Assembly (NCBI GenBank): GCA_015058985.1
Contig: SVBH01000001.1
Span: 195,354-259,353, forward strand
Source: Erysipelotrichaceae bacterium
GTDB taxonomy: Bacteria > Bacillota_I > Bacilli_A > RFN20 > DUOF01
Direction: 5' to 3'
DNA: 64,000 nucleotides
Position 1 is the stretch's first letter; every line of letters starts with the position of its first letter. The notes beneath the pieces were generated by a model. That model was not told the DNA's origin and ran no database searches. It was given only the letters and a program-made list of their open reading frames with translations. A program made the position numbers and the translations under genes. Of this stretch, positions 9,808 to 19,397 are shown one piece after another.

Positions 9808-10314
9808 ATGAAAAAGAATTTTTATATATTTTTAGACATCGACGGTGTATTAAATGATGTCGCATTTATTAAACAAAATTCATATAAAGGAAAAAACATC
9901 ACAAGTGAACTATTCAATCCAAAAAGTGTTGAAGCTTTAAATTACCTAATAGACACTCTAACTGCTCATTATGAAACTAACTTAGTCATTTCTTCTTCGT
10001 GGAGAATTAACATGGACAAAACACTATCGATAATGAAAAAAAATAACGTTCGATTAGACAACATTTCAGTATCTTCCACTAAATTCATTGTTCCTAACAA
10101 ACGTGGTTTAGAAATATTAGATTATTTAAACGATAAACAGGATATTAATAACTATGTTATTATTGATGATGAGGAATTTGATTTCAAAGAATATTTTCCA
10201 AATTCAAAAATCATTAAAACCAACTTTTTTTATGATCCTTTAAATAAAGAAAAAATAACAAAATTTATAAGCTCTTTAAATATAGATACACCTTATAAAA
10301 AAGATCTCTCTTAG
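9808..10314 (+). CDS. Small capless HAD-superfamily phosphatase (T4 Pnkp-phosphatase-like or 5'(3')-nucleotidase-like)
   Basis: HAD motif I FLDIDGVLND, motif II VISSSW and motif IV VIIDDEE. A TATAAT sits 6 nt upstream of the ATG with no SD, so the mRNA is probably leaderless. Confidence 0.5.
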   Translation: MKKNFYIFLDIDGVLNDVAFIKQNSYKGKNITSELFNPKSVEALNYLIDTLTAHYETNLVISSSWRINMDKTLSIMKKNNVRLDNISVSSTKFIVPNKRGLEILDYLNDKQDINNYVIIDDEEFDFKEYFPNSKIIKTNFFYDPLNKEKITKFISSLNIDTPYKKDLS

Positions 10315-10368
10315 AGATTTTTTCTTTTATATTTTTTATAATCGTTTAAAATATTAACAGGTGATAAA

Positions 10369-10869
10369 ATGAAAAAATTAATAATTATAAATGGCCCTAT
10401 GGGAGTTGGAAAAACAACAGTATCAAAAAATCTTTTCAATTCTTTAAAACCAAGTGTTCTTTTAGATGGCGATTGGTGCTGGAATATGAATCCTTTTTTG
10501 GTAAATGAAGAAAATAAAAAAATGGTTCTAGATAACATTAAATACATGCTTAATAATTATCTTAATAATTCAAATTTTGAATATGTTATTTTCTGTTGGG
10601 TAATACCTGAAGAATCTATATTAGAAGATATACTTTCAGAATTACCAAGCAACTACGAATTACATAAATTCACTTTAACTTGCGACACTGAAACATTGAA
10701 ATATAGATTATTAAACGATAGCGCAAGACAAATATCAGAACAAACTATTAACCAAAGCATTTCTTTCATTCCAAAATACAATTTAATGGATACTACAAAA
10801 ATCGATTCCACCGATAAAAACATCAACGAAATCGTAGAAATATTAATATCAAAAATACAAAAAAAGTAA
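10369..10869 (+). CDS. Small P-loop kinase (AAA_33/polynucleotide-kinase-like NTP-dependent kinase)
   Basis: Walker A GPMGVGKTT near the N-terminus, followed by LLDGD with an Asp. The 166-aa size and layout resemble the T4 Pnk kinase domain. RBS AGGTGA. Confidence 0.5.
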   Translation: MKKLIIINGPMGVGKTTVSKNLFNSLKPSVLLDGDWCWNMNPFLVNEENKKMVLDNIKYMLNNYLNNSNFEYVIFCWVIPEESILEDILSELPSNYELHKFTLTCDTETLKYRLLNDSARQISEQTINQSISFIPKYNLMDTTKIDSTDKNINEIVEILISKIQKK

Positions 10870-10892
10870 GAGCCAAAACTCTTACTTTTTAA
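10861..10892. terminator. Bidirectional intrinsic terminator (kinase gene / rpsR)
   Basis: Stem gtaagag/ctcttac with loop ccaaaa, an A-run on the 5' side and a T-run on the 3' side. Confidence 0.6.
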
Positions 10893-11120
10893 TTAATCTA
10901 CTACGTATGGTAATAATGCCATCTCTCTTGCTCTTTTAATAGCAGTAGCAAGCATACGTTGATATTTTGCACTTGTTCCTGTTACTCTTCTTGGAGCAAT
11001 TTTACCATTTGCAGAAATAAATCTACGTAATAATTCTACATCTTTATAGTCGATAGTTGTTATATTATTTTTCTTAAAATAACAAACTTTTTTTCTACTT
11101 CTTTGTTTCTTAAAAGCCAT
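10893..11120 (-). CDS. rpsR: 30S ribosomal protein S18
   Basis: Conserved S18 sequence ([41 protein letters not shown]). Confidence 0.95.
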   Translation of the reverse strand: MAFKKQRSRKKVCYFKKNNITTIDYKDVELLRRFISANGKIAPRRVTGTSAKYQRMLATAIKRAREMALLPYVVD

Positions 11121-11137
11121 TAGATTATCCTCACTTT

Positions 11138-11596
11138 CTAGAATGGCAAATCTTCATCTGAAATATCAAAACCTAAATCAGATTCGTTCACATCATTCTT
11201 ATTAATATTTTCTATTTTATTATTTGTTGGTTCATATGATTCGATGTTGCTAATAAAATCGTCTCCTCTTGAAGCTGATCTAGTATCAAGCATTCTCAAA
11301 CTTTCACATACTACTTCAGTAATATAAACTCTTTTACCATCTTTTCCATCATAAGTTCTAGTTTGTAATCTTCCATCGACCCCTAATAAAGCACCTTTCT
11401 TAACATACTTTTCCATTACTTCTGCTGCATTGCTCCATGCAATACAAGAAATGAAATCTGCTGTTCTCTCTGAATCTCTTGGTGCAAAACGATTATCTAC
11501 TGCTAAGGTGAAGGATACCACTGGTGTACCTGTAGATGTTCTTCTTAGTTCTGGATCCCTTGTAATTCTTCCTACTAAAACTACTCTATTTATCAT
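11138..11596 (-). CDS. ssb: Single-stranded DNA-binding protein
   Basis: OB-fold N-terminus [18 protein letters not shown] and an acidic C-terminal tail ending DLPF. Confidence 0.9.
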   Translation of the reverse strand: MINRVVLVGRITRDPELRRTSTGTPVVSFTLAVDNRFAPRDSERTADFISCIAWSNAAEVMEKYVKKGALLGVDGRLQTRTYDGKDGKRVYITEVVCESLRMLDTRSASRGDDFISNIESYEPTNNKIENINKNDVNESDLGFDISDEDLPF

Positions 11597-11609
11597 ATAT
11601 TTTCCTCCA

Positions 11610-11894
11610 TTAGATACGTACGATTAAACTTCTTAGTACGTTTTTATTAATTGTTGTTAAACGTTTGAATTCTTCTGTTGCTTTGTTATCAGAAGCTTCT
11701 AAAGTTAAAACAACATAGTAACCTCTTTTTTGGAATTTGATTTCGTAAGCTAGTTCTCTAACTCCCCACTCATTTGTTTCCAAAACTTTAGCACCATTAT
11801 CACTTAAAATTTTAGCTAATGCTGCAATTTCTTGGTTACGAGTTGCTTCATCTAATTCTGCATTTAAGATGTACATGATTTCGTATTTAGTCAT
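11610..11894 (-). CDS. rpsF: 30S ribosomal protein S6
   Basis: MTKYEIMYIL signature. It forms an rpsF-ssb-rpsR operon. The structured leader upstream (11920-11960) is consistent with the S6:S18 autoregulatory leader. Confidence 0.9.
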   Translation of the reverse strand: MTKYEIMYILNAELDEATRNQEIAALAKILSDNGAKVLETNEWGVRELAYEIKFQKRGYYVVLTLEASDNKATEEFKRLTTINKNVLRSLIVRI

Positions 11895-12094
11895 TTTCTT
11901 TGCCCTCCTTTGGTCTAACTTGTCTACTTTTTCAGTAGCAGAAAAGCTGCGTCCTTCACTACGCAGGTTAAATTATATAATAATATTTATTATAAGTAAA
12001 GAAAGAACAAAAATAAAATTTCAAACATGTGTACAACAAACATTGACTAAAATAACTATTTTCTTTAAAATACACTTGTCTAGGAAGTGAATTT

Positions 12095-12625
12095 ATGAAT
12101 AAAACAACAAAAATTATTACAATATCATTTGGTATTGTAGGATCTTTATTCCTTTGTACAGGTTTAATTGGTTCAATTTTTTCCATAAAAAACATAGATG
12201 CTCAAACATTATACAGAATTGCATTACCTTTCTTATTTGCATTCTTCATGGCATCAGCGTTTATCTTTTCAAAAACAAACAATGTATATAAAATTTCAAG
12301 AGGATTAAATGCTCTTGCAATGTCTTTAGCAGTATCATTAGTGGTGTTAAATGTGAAAGATATTAATCCAAACTTTGTATTCACCGTCATAAGTGGTTCT
12401 ATGGTTTTTTATAACATCTGTGATTTCTTATTTAGAAAAATTAAGCTGCCTCAAATCTTTGTATTAATACCTATGATTGTTTTATTTATCATTGAATTAG
12501 TCAATTATTCTAAGGATAAAACTAGCGCAATTTTGCTAAGTACAATAGGTATAACATTATTATTTGTTATGCATTTGATAAGTAAAAGTTTACCAATATT
12601 AAAAATGAAAGAGACCAAAAATTAG
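12095..12625 (+). CDS. Integral membrane protein of unknown function (about 5 TM)
   Basis: Hydrophobic segments throughout. A promoter TTGACT-18-TAAAAT lies upstream with RBS GGAAGTGA. Confidence 0.5.
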   Translation: MNKTTKIITISFGIVGSLFLCTGLIGSIFSIKNIDAQTLYRIALPFLFAFFMASAFIFSKTNNVYKISRGLNALAMSLAVSLVVLNVKDINPNFVFTVISGSMVFYNICDFLFRKIKLPQIFVLIPMIVLFIIELVNYSKDKTSAILLSTIGITLLFVMHLISKSLPILKMKETKN

Positions 12626-12632
12626 GTCTCTT

Positions 12633-14414
12633 TTACTTTGTTAAATTTATTACGTAATCAGTTTTTATCTCGTAACTATTTTTATTATCATTAACCACAA
12701 AACCAAAACCATTCGAACTATTGCTCAGTGTTTCAATAAAAACTAAACAATTTCGAAAATCTATTTTTCTTTGAGCATTATCAATAACTATCCCCTGGCT
12801 AATAATACTCTTAATAATATCTTTTACATTATTAGAACCATATTCATAATTTTTAAAAAGCACCAAAGAGTTAGGATTTTTTACAACTGAGTCAAAAGTA
12901 TTTCTTTGCTCATATCCTACATACCCAGGCATTGCTCCTAATAGTTTAGAGGAAGAAATAGAATCAGAAAATTCCTTTAAATCAATCTTTAAATAATTGT
13001 AATTTTCTAAACATTTAGATAAATCATTTATGATATCACTCTCATTATTATTAACTAAAACAACACTCAACAAAGGTTTCTCTTTATTTCTTTTAATTCC
13101 TTTCAAACAATCAACAAGTTGATTCACATTTTCCAAAGAATATTTACTTCTTAGATTTTCAGAAATCACATTAATATTTTCTTCATTTAAAAACCCTTTT
13201 AATAAAGATTTTAAATATTTTTTTGTAACATTTTTATCTAAATTATTATCATCATTTTTGGCTTTAACACATAAAACATCTAATAAATCTATTGCTTTAT
13301 CTGGCAACATTCTATTGAGTATATAATCATTCGAATAATTAACAATATCTACAATACTTTCATCATCAATCTTAATTTTATGAAAATTTTCGTAATCCTC
13401 TTTTGTTTTTATTAAAATGTTGATTGTTTCTTTCACAGATGATTCTAATATCTTTATCGTTTGAAATCTTCTTTGGAAAGCTTTTTCCTTTTCAATACTT
13501 TTTTCATATTCATCAAAAGTAGTAGCTCCTATACAATTAATTTCTCCACTAGAAAGATATGGTTTTAAGATATTAGAAGCATCTATAGCACCTTCTGCCC
13601 CACCTGCACCTACAATGCTATGAATTTCATCTATAAATAAAATTACATCTTTTTTATTCTTAATTTTTTTAATGATTTTTTTAAGTTTTTCTTCAAATTC
13701 TCCTCGATATTTAGTACCAGCAACAATATCAGAAATATTCATTTGATAAATAATTTTATTTTCTAAATCATGCTTTACTTCTTTGTTATTTATCCTCTTA
13801 GCTAATTCCTCGATAATAGCAGTTTTTCCAACTCCTGGTTCACCAATTAAAATAATATTTCTCTTATTTTTCTTTAATAAAACATCTTGTATTTCTTCTA
13901 TTTCTTTGTCTCTACCAATTAACTTTGAATCTTTTTTTATTACTTTTTTATTAAGATTAATTAAATCTTCAATATTCTCTCCAAGATCACTACTATTTTC
14001 TTCCACCTCTTTTTTTATTTCCTCGACATCACCATTCATTTCCATAATAATTTGCACCGCAAAACTATCCATATCAGAAAGCATTGCTTTAGTAAGTCTT
14101 TCAATCTCTATTTGTTTTTCATTGTTCTTTTGACTTTCTTCTAATGCAGAATCGATAATTTTCTTTAAATGATCACTATATTCCATATAAACAGGTTTCA
14201 ATGATTTAATAGGATTTATTTTTAAAACTTTTTCTCTTATTTTTGAGTATGTAATACCTTTATTTTCTAAAATATTTTTAAAACAATAATTTTTATTTTT
14301 AGCTAATGACAACAATAAATGTTCGCTTCCTACATTAATGTGTCCCAAATCATAAGCAATACTCTCTGCAATCGACATAATCTTTTTTGAACACAAAGAG
14401 AAACTAGATAGCAT
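12633..14414 (-). CDS. ClpC/ClpB-like ATPase with Clp_N repeats, an intact AAA+ D1 and a degenerate (Walker A/B-less) D2
   Basis: Two Clp_N repeats. D1 has Walker A GEPGVGKT and Walker B ILFIDEIH. The D2 region keeps [13 protein letters not shown] but has no GxxGxGK[ST] and no DE Walker B. Confidence 0.7.
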   Translation of the reverse strand: MLSSFSLCSKKIMSIAESIAYDLGHINVGSEHLLLSLAKNKNYCFKNILENKGITYSKIREKVLKINPIKSLKPVYMEYSDHLKKIIDSALEESQKNNEKQIEIERLTKAMLSDMDSFAVQIIMEMNGDVEEIKKEVEENSSDLGENIEDLINLNKKVIKKDSKLIGRDKEIEEIQDVLLKKNKRNIILIGEPGVGKTAIIEELAKRINNKEVKHDLENKIIYQMNISDIVAGTKYRGEFEEKLKKIIKKIKNKKDVILFIDEIHSIVGAGGAEGAIDASNILKPYLSSGEINCIGATTFDEYEKSIEKEKAFQRRFQTIKILESSVKETINILIKTKEDYENFHKIKIDDESIVDIVNYSNDYILNRMLPDKAIDLLDVLCVKAKNDDNNLDKNVTKKYLKSLLKGFLNEENINVISENLRSKYSLENVNQLVDCLKGIKRNKEKPLLSVVLVNNNESDIINDLSKCLENYNYLKIDLKEFSDSISSSKLLGAMPGYVGYEQRNTFDSVVKNPNSLVLFKNYEYGSNNVKDIIKSIISQGIVIDNAQRKIDFRNCLVFIETLSNSSNGFGFVVNDNKNSYEIKTDYVINLTK

Positions 14415-14486
14415 TTATTTCACCCTCCATTGTACATTTTATGTATGAACACAAATAATTATGGCCAAAAAAAAGATAGATAATCA

Positions 14487-15140
14487 TTATCTATCAATTT
14501 TATCTACTTTAATGTAAGTATACTTAACTTTATCATCATCAATTTTATCTACACTTAAAATCTTTTTATTTTTAGAAACCTCATGCCCTGTTTTACTATC
14601 TATAATCTTATAATTTGGTTCTGTATAAGAATTTAAAACTTCAATAATCGTTTCTCTATTTTTCTTAATACCAAAAGCTAATTGATAAGACATATTTAAA
14701 AAACTATAACTGTTACGATCATTTAAAATTGTTGATTTAATAGCCACAGAAGTATTGTTGTCTAAATTAAATTTAAATTCACCATTTTCAATATATGCTT
14801 TCTTAGCAATTGGCAACATTGCAATTCTTTCTTCTTTATTATCGTAAATACCATATCTTCCAGAAATGACTTCTTTAAAAATACTATATTTTTCATTTTT
14901 GATTGATTCTTCAAATCTTTTAACAGCATCAACCAATTCAAAAGAAGTAATACCCGATCTATTTTTTGCTTGATAATGTATTTCTGCTCTGCCTTTTTTT
15001 ACTATTACATCAAATTTAGAATATTCAGGTTTCAATAAAATCCTATATGTTTGTTTATCCCTTACTCCATATAGACCGGTTGTTACATCTTGAAAAACTT
15101 CAAAAAAGTTAACTAATTTTTCAGCGTTCACATTAATCAC
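14487..15140 (-). CDS. WG-repeat (beta-repeat) protein of unknown function
   Basis: Repeats GLYGVRDKQTYRILLKPEY and GRYGIYDNKEERIAMLP match the WG-containing repeat pattern G-x-[WY]-G-x-x-D. Confidence 0.45.
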   Translation of the reverse strand: MINVNAEKLVNFFEVFQDVTTGLYGVRDKQTYRILLKPEYSKFDVIVKKGRAEIHYQAKNRSGITSFELVDAVKRFEESIKNEKYSIFKEVISGRYGIYDNKEERIAMLPIAKKAYIENGEFKFNLDNNTSVAIKSTILNDRNSYSFLNMSYQLAFGIKKNRETIIEVLNSYTEPNYKIIDSKTGHEVSKNKKILSVDKIDDDKVKYTYIKVDKIDR

Positions 15141-15229
15141 TCCTTTACAAAAAAATTTTAATTATAAATTCATCTATTTTGAATAGGAGCATTATTTTTT
15201 GTGGAAAAAAAAGATAGCTTTCGCTATCC

Positions 15230-16735
15230 TTATTGTCTTGGTTTCATAGTTGGGAATAAAATAACTTCTCTGATAGTAGAAACTTCTGCTACTAACATTA
15301 CAAGTCTATCAATTCCAATTCCAACTCCTCCTGCAGGAGGCATACCATATTCTAATGCTTCAACGAAGTCTTTATCCATATCATTAGCTTCATCATTTCC
15401 AAGTTCTTTTTCTTTTAATTGATTTTCAAATCTTTCTAATTGATCAATTGGATCATTTAACTCTGTATAAGCATTACAATATTCACTTCCACAAATAAAC
15501 AATTCAAATCTTTGAGTAAATCTTTCATCATTAGGATCTTTTCTAGTTAAAGGAGAAATTTCAATTGGATGACCAAATACAAATGTTGGTTCAATAATTG
15601 TTTCTTCTACATATTTTTCAAAGAAAGCGTTAACAATATGTCCATATTGGAAATGTGGTTCTAATTCAATATTATGTTCTTTTGCTAATTGTTTAGCTTG
15701 TTCTAAACTCATTTTATCAAAGAAATTAATTCCTGTTTTTTCTTTAATTGCATCAACCATATGAATTCTTTTAAACTTAGGTTCTAAAGAAACTTTATGA
15801 CCTCTACATTCAACTTCATAACTTCCTTTGGCGGCTAAAACTGCAGCCCCAAATAAACCTTCTGTTAAATCCATCATACCTTCTAAATCTGAGAAAGCTT
15901 TATAGATTTCTACTGTTGTAAATTCAGGGTTATGATTTTTATCCATTCCTTCATTTCTAAATAATCTTCCAAATTCATAAACAGCATCCATACCACCTAC
16001 TAATAATCTTTTTAAAGGTAATTCAGTTGCTATTCTTAAATACATATCAATATCTAAAGTGTTGTGATGAGTAACAAATGGTCTAGCACTAGCTCCTCCT
16101 AAAATAGTTCCTAAAACGGGAGTTTCTACTTCAGTATATCCTAGGTTATCTAGATAATGTTGCATTGCTCTAATAACTTTTGGTCTTAAGAAAGCAATTC
16201 TTCTAGATTCTTCATTAACCATTAAGTCAACATATCTTCTTCTACTTCTTTCTTCAATATCTGCAAGTCCATGGAATTTCTCAGGTAAAGGTCTTAAAGA
16301 CTTAACTAAATGAGTATATGTGTATGCTTTTATTGTTAATTCACCAGTTCTTGTTTTCATAAGTTTTCCAGTGATACCTACAATATCTCCAATATCAGCT
16401 AACTTAAATACTTGCCATTCAGTTTCAGTTAAAGCATCTTTTCTTAAATAAACTTGAATACTTCCTTTTTTATCTTGAATAAGAATAAATGCAACTTTTC
16501 CCATATCTCTAATTGCCATGATTCTTCCAGCAATTGTAGTTTCAACAGGATTTTCTTCTAATTCTTCGTGTGTTTTCTCAATATATTCTTCCTTCAAATC
16601 AGCAGAAAAAGCTTTTACATCATATCTTTGACCAAAAGGATTAACTCCTAATTCTTCTAATTTTAATAATTTTTCTCTTCTAATAGCCTCTTGTTCAGGC
16701 ATATCTTCAGTAATTCTTAAATCTTCATATTTCAT
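15230..16735 (-). CDS. lysS: Lysine--tRNA ligase (class II)
   Basis: Class II motifs and an N-terminal OB anticodon-binding domain. The 501-aa length is typical of LysS. Confidence 0.95.
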   Translation of the reverse strand: MKYEDLRITEDMPEQEAIRREKLLKLEELGVNPFGQRYDVKAFSADLKEEYIEKTHEELEENPVETTIAGRIMAIRDMGKVAFILIQDKKGSIQVYLRKDALTETEWQVFKLADIGDIVGITGKLMKTRTGELTIKAYTYTHLVKSLRPLPEKFHGLADIEERSRRRYVDLMVNEESRRIAFLRPKVIRAMQHYLDNLGYTEVETPVLGTILGGASARPFVTHHNTLDIDMYLRIATELPLKRLLVGGMDAVYEFGRLFRNEGMDKNHNPEFTTVEIYKAFSDLEGMMDLTEGLFGAAVLAAKGSYEVECRGHKVSLEPKFKRIHMVDAIKEKTGINFFDKMSLEQAKQLAKEHNIELEPHFQYGHIVNAFFEKYVEETIIEPTFVFGHPIEISPLTRKDPNDERFTQRFELFICGSEYCNAYTELNDPIDQLERFENQLKEKELGNDEANDMDKDFVEALEYGMPPAGGVGIGIDRLVMLVAEVSTIREVILFPTMKPRQ

Positions 16736-16791
16736 TTATTTTCACCTAATTTCATTACATTTAAAAATTATACTTTATTACCTTATTTTTT

Positions 16792-17769
16792 TCAATTTAT
16801 ATTATTTTCTATCTCATCTAAAATGTTGACTAAATCTTGATAGGTTTCAATATTACAAAGTCTTACTTTAAAAGGATTTGCATCCTTTATTCCTTTAACA
16901 TAGAAACAAGATAGACTTCTCATTTCTTTCATTGCAATTTTTTCTCCCATTTCTTCAATCAAATAAGAAGCGTGCCTCAAACAAGTTTCTTTCTTTTCTT
17001 TAAAAGATGGTTCTTCTATTCCATTTCCTTCTAAATATGCGATAGAAGAAGAAAATAACCAAGGATTCCCTAAAGCACCTCTTGCTATCATCACAGCATC
17101 ACAACCAGTCTCATCTAGCATCTTTTTGACATCTTCTTTAGTTTTTACATCCCCATTTCCTATCACAGGAATACTAACATTTTCTTTTACTAGTTTAATA
17201 TAAGACCAATCTGCTTTACCTTGATACAATTGACTCTTTGTTCTAGCATGAATTGCTATCGCCTTAGCTCCTGCTTTTTCGACAAGCTTAGACACTTCTA
17301 AAACGTTAATGTGATTAACATCCCAACCTAATCTTATTTTAACAGTAACAGGTAAAGAAATGCTTTCCACTATTGTTTTAACCATTTCATATATTTTTTC
17401 AGGGTTTTTAAGCCAATATGAACCTGATTTACCTTTTATCACTTTAGGAGCAGGACATCCTAAATTTATATCTAAAATATCTGCTTTTGACCTATTTTCA
17501 ATTATCTTCGCCGCTTTAACCATAGAATCAACATCTCCACCAAATAATTGAATAGCCAAAGGATGTTCTGTTTCTTTAGATTCAATCATTTTAAAAGTCT
17601 TGCTGCTATTATAAATTAAAGCTTTATCACTAATCATTTCACTATAAACAAGACTAGCTCCATATTCCTTAGCAATTTGGCGATAAGAACTATTAGTATA
17701 TCCTGCCATTGGACCTGCAACCACTTTATTTTTTATTTCTACACTACCAATTTTAAACAAAATTATCAC
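16792..17769 (-). CDS. dusB: tRNA-dihydrouridine synthase B
   Basis: Dus TIM-barrel motifs (GPMAGYTN, DINLGCP, catalytic Cys). It is adjacent to lysS as in Firmicutes. Confidence 0.85.
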   Translation of the reverse strand: MIILFKIGSVEIKNKVVAGPMAGYTNSSYRQIAKEYGASLVYSEMISDKALIYNSSKTFKMIESKETEHPLAIQLFGGDVDSMVKAAKIIENRSKADILDINLGCPAPKVIKGKSGSYWLKNPEKIYEMVKTIVESISLPVTVKIRLGWDVNHINVLEVSKLVEKAGAKAIAIHARTKSQLYQGKADWSYIKLVKENVSIPVIGNGDVKTKEDVKKMLDETGCDAVMIARGALGNPWLFSSSIAYLEGNGIEEPSFKEKKETCLRHASYLIEEMGEKIAMKEMRSLSCFYVKGIKDANPFKVRLCNIETYQDLVNILDEIENNIN

Positions 17770-17830
17770 CGCACATATTATAAATAAAAAAGAAGAATAA
17801 AAAAAGAAGAATTCATTTGAATTCTCCTTA

Positions 17831-18421
17831 TTAACCGTTTTTAACTTCAGTGTATTTTTCTACAGCAGCTTTTAAAATATTGATATAAGCATCAGCAGTA
17901 CCTGTAGCACCAGTTTCTAAATCAGCAGGTTTATAAATTTTCTTTCCACCTGAACCACAAATTTCATCGCCTTCAGCAGTTTCTCTATTACATACTGCTT
18001 TAACATCTTCTTTTGTTGTATATTTTAATTTTTTAACTTCGCTGATTTTTAATCCATTTTCTCCAATTGCAACATATTTTTCATAGAAAGCTTGAGCATC
18101 AGGTACACGTAGAGTTCCTCCCAATAAAGCCTTACCATATTCATCACTTTCAGCATTTTGATAAATAGTAACTTTTGTAATAACTTCATTTTCAGAATCA
18201 ATAAAAACATTTGCTCCTAAAACTAATATAGCATCGTTTACTCCGTCAGATTTAACATCACATTTGTATGTTTTATTATCAGATTCAAGTTCGCAAGTTA
18301 CCTTTTGAACACTACTCTCTGAAAGAGTAACTTTTTCTTCTTTCTTCCCACATGCAGCAGCAGAGAAAGACGCTAATGCTACCAATAATAATTTTCCTAA
18401 TTTTTTCATTTTCATAACCAC
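17831..18421 (-). CDS. Lipoprotein of unknown function
   Basis: Signal peptide with lipobox SAAAC. An intrinsic terminator lies downstream on the minus strand, with gaattca/tgaattc stems at 17795-17830. Confidence 0.5.
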   Translation of the reverse strand: MVMKMKKLGKLLLVALASFSAAACGKKEEKVTLSESSVQKVTCELESDNKTYKCDVKSDGVNDAILVLGANVFIDSENEVITKVTIYQNAESDEYGKALLGGTLRVPDAQAFYEKYVAIGENGLKISEVKKLKYTTKEDVKAVCNRETAEGDEICGSGGKKIYKPADLETGATGTADAYINILKAAVEKYTEVKNG

Positions 18422-18472
18422 CCTTTTTTACTATTATAAACCTTTAATATTATTTTTAAAACTTAAAATTTT

Positions 18473-19315
18473 TTAATCAATTAATTTCCTTAAATCATCT
18501 TCATTAAAAACATATTCTTTTCTACAAAAATTACACTTAATATGGCACCCATGATCTACATTAATCATATCTTCTATTTCTTCTTTTCCTATTAATTTAA
18601 TTCCTGCAGCAAATTTTTCTTTTGAACAATTACACTTATAAGTTAAATTAACTGATTCCATAACATAGAAATCATCAAACATATCTTTTATAATATCTTC
18701 TATTTTTTTATTTTTTAGTAACTCATTTAAATTGGAATATTTTTTAATTGCTTCCTCAACTTTATCGATAACATCTTCGCCAGCACCTGGTAAAATTTGA
18801 ATAATATATCCACCAGCTTTTTTTATATTACCTAAATCATTTAAGATAACACTTAATCCAACTACAGAAGGAGTTTGTTCACTAGTATAAAAATAATAAC
18901 TGAGATCATCTCCTATCTCTCCAGATTGAAGCAAAACTTCTCCTCCAAAGCTATCTTTCATCCCAATATTTTTAATAACTTTTAAGAAACCTAAATCTCC
19001 CACTATTTCCTTCACTAAACCATTTTTACTTTCTGCATGAGGGTTGGAAATAAAACATTTTACTTCTCCTTTGCCATTAGCGTCAGCCATAATAGTTCCA
19101 CCTGTGCCATTACCATTAACTTGAATCGTTAATTGTTCTTCGCCTTTAAGCATAATTCCCATAATAGCTGCACCCGTTAAAACTCTACCAAGAGCTACTG
19201 AAACTAAAGGATAGCAATCATGAAGATTACTAGCTTCTTTACAAGATAAAGTGCTATCAGCTGCTAAAATTCTAATTTTATTATTAAGAGCTAATCCCCT
19301 TATTAAATAATCCAT
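18473..19315 (-). CDS. hslO: Redox-regulated chaperone Hsp33
   Basis: C-terminal zinc-centre cysteines CxC...CxxC (CNCSKEKF...CNFCRKEY). Confidence 0.85.
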   Translation of the reverse strand: MDYLIRGLALNNKIRILAADSTLSCKEASNLHDCYPLVSVALGRVLTGAAIMGIMLKGEEQLTIQVNGNGTGGTIMADANGKGEVKCFISNPHAESKNGLVKEIVGDLGFLKVIKNIGMKDSFGGEVLLQSGEIGDDLSYYFYTSEQTPSVVGLSVILNDLGNIKKAGGYIIQILPGAGEDVIDKVEEAIKKYSNLNELLKNKKIEDIIKDMFDDFYVMESVNLTYKCNCSKEKFAAGIKLIGKEEIEDMINVDHGCHIKCNFCRKEYVFNEDDLRKLID

Positions 19316-19397
19316 AACAAAACCTCCAATTGACTTACATATTGTAACATTAAATATAGAAAAAACAACAAACTAAAAAGAAAGTGTTTCCACTTTC

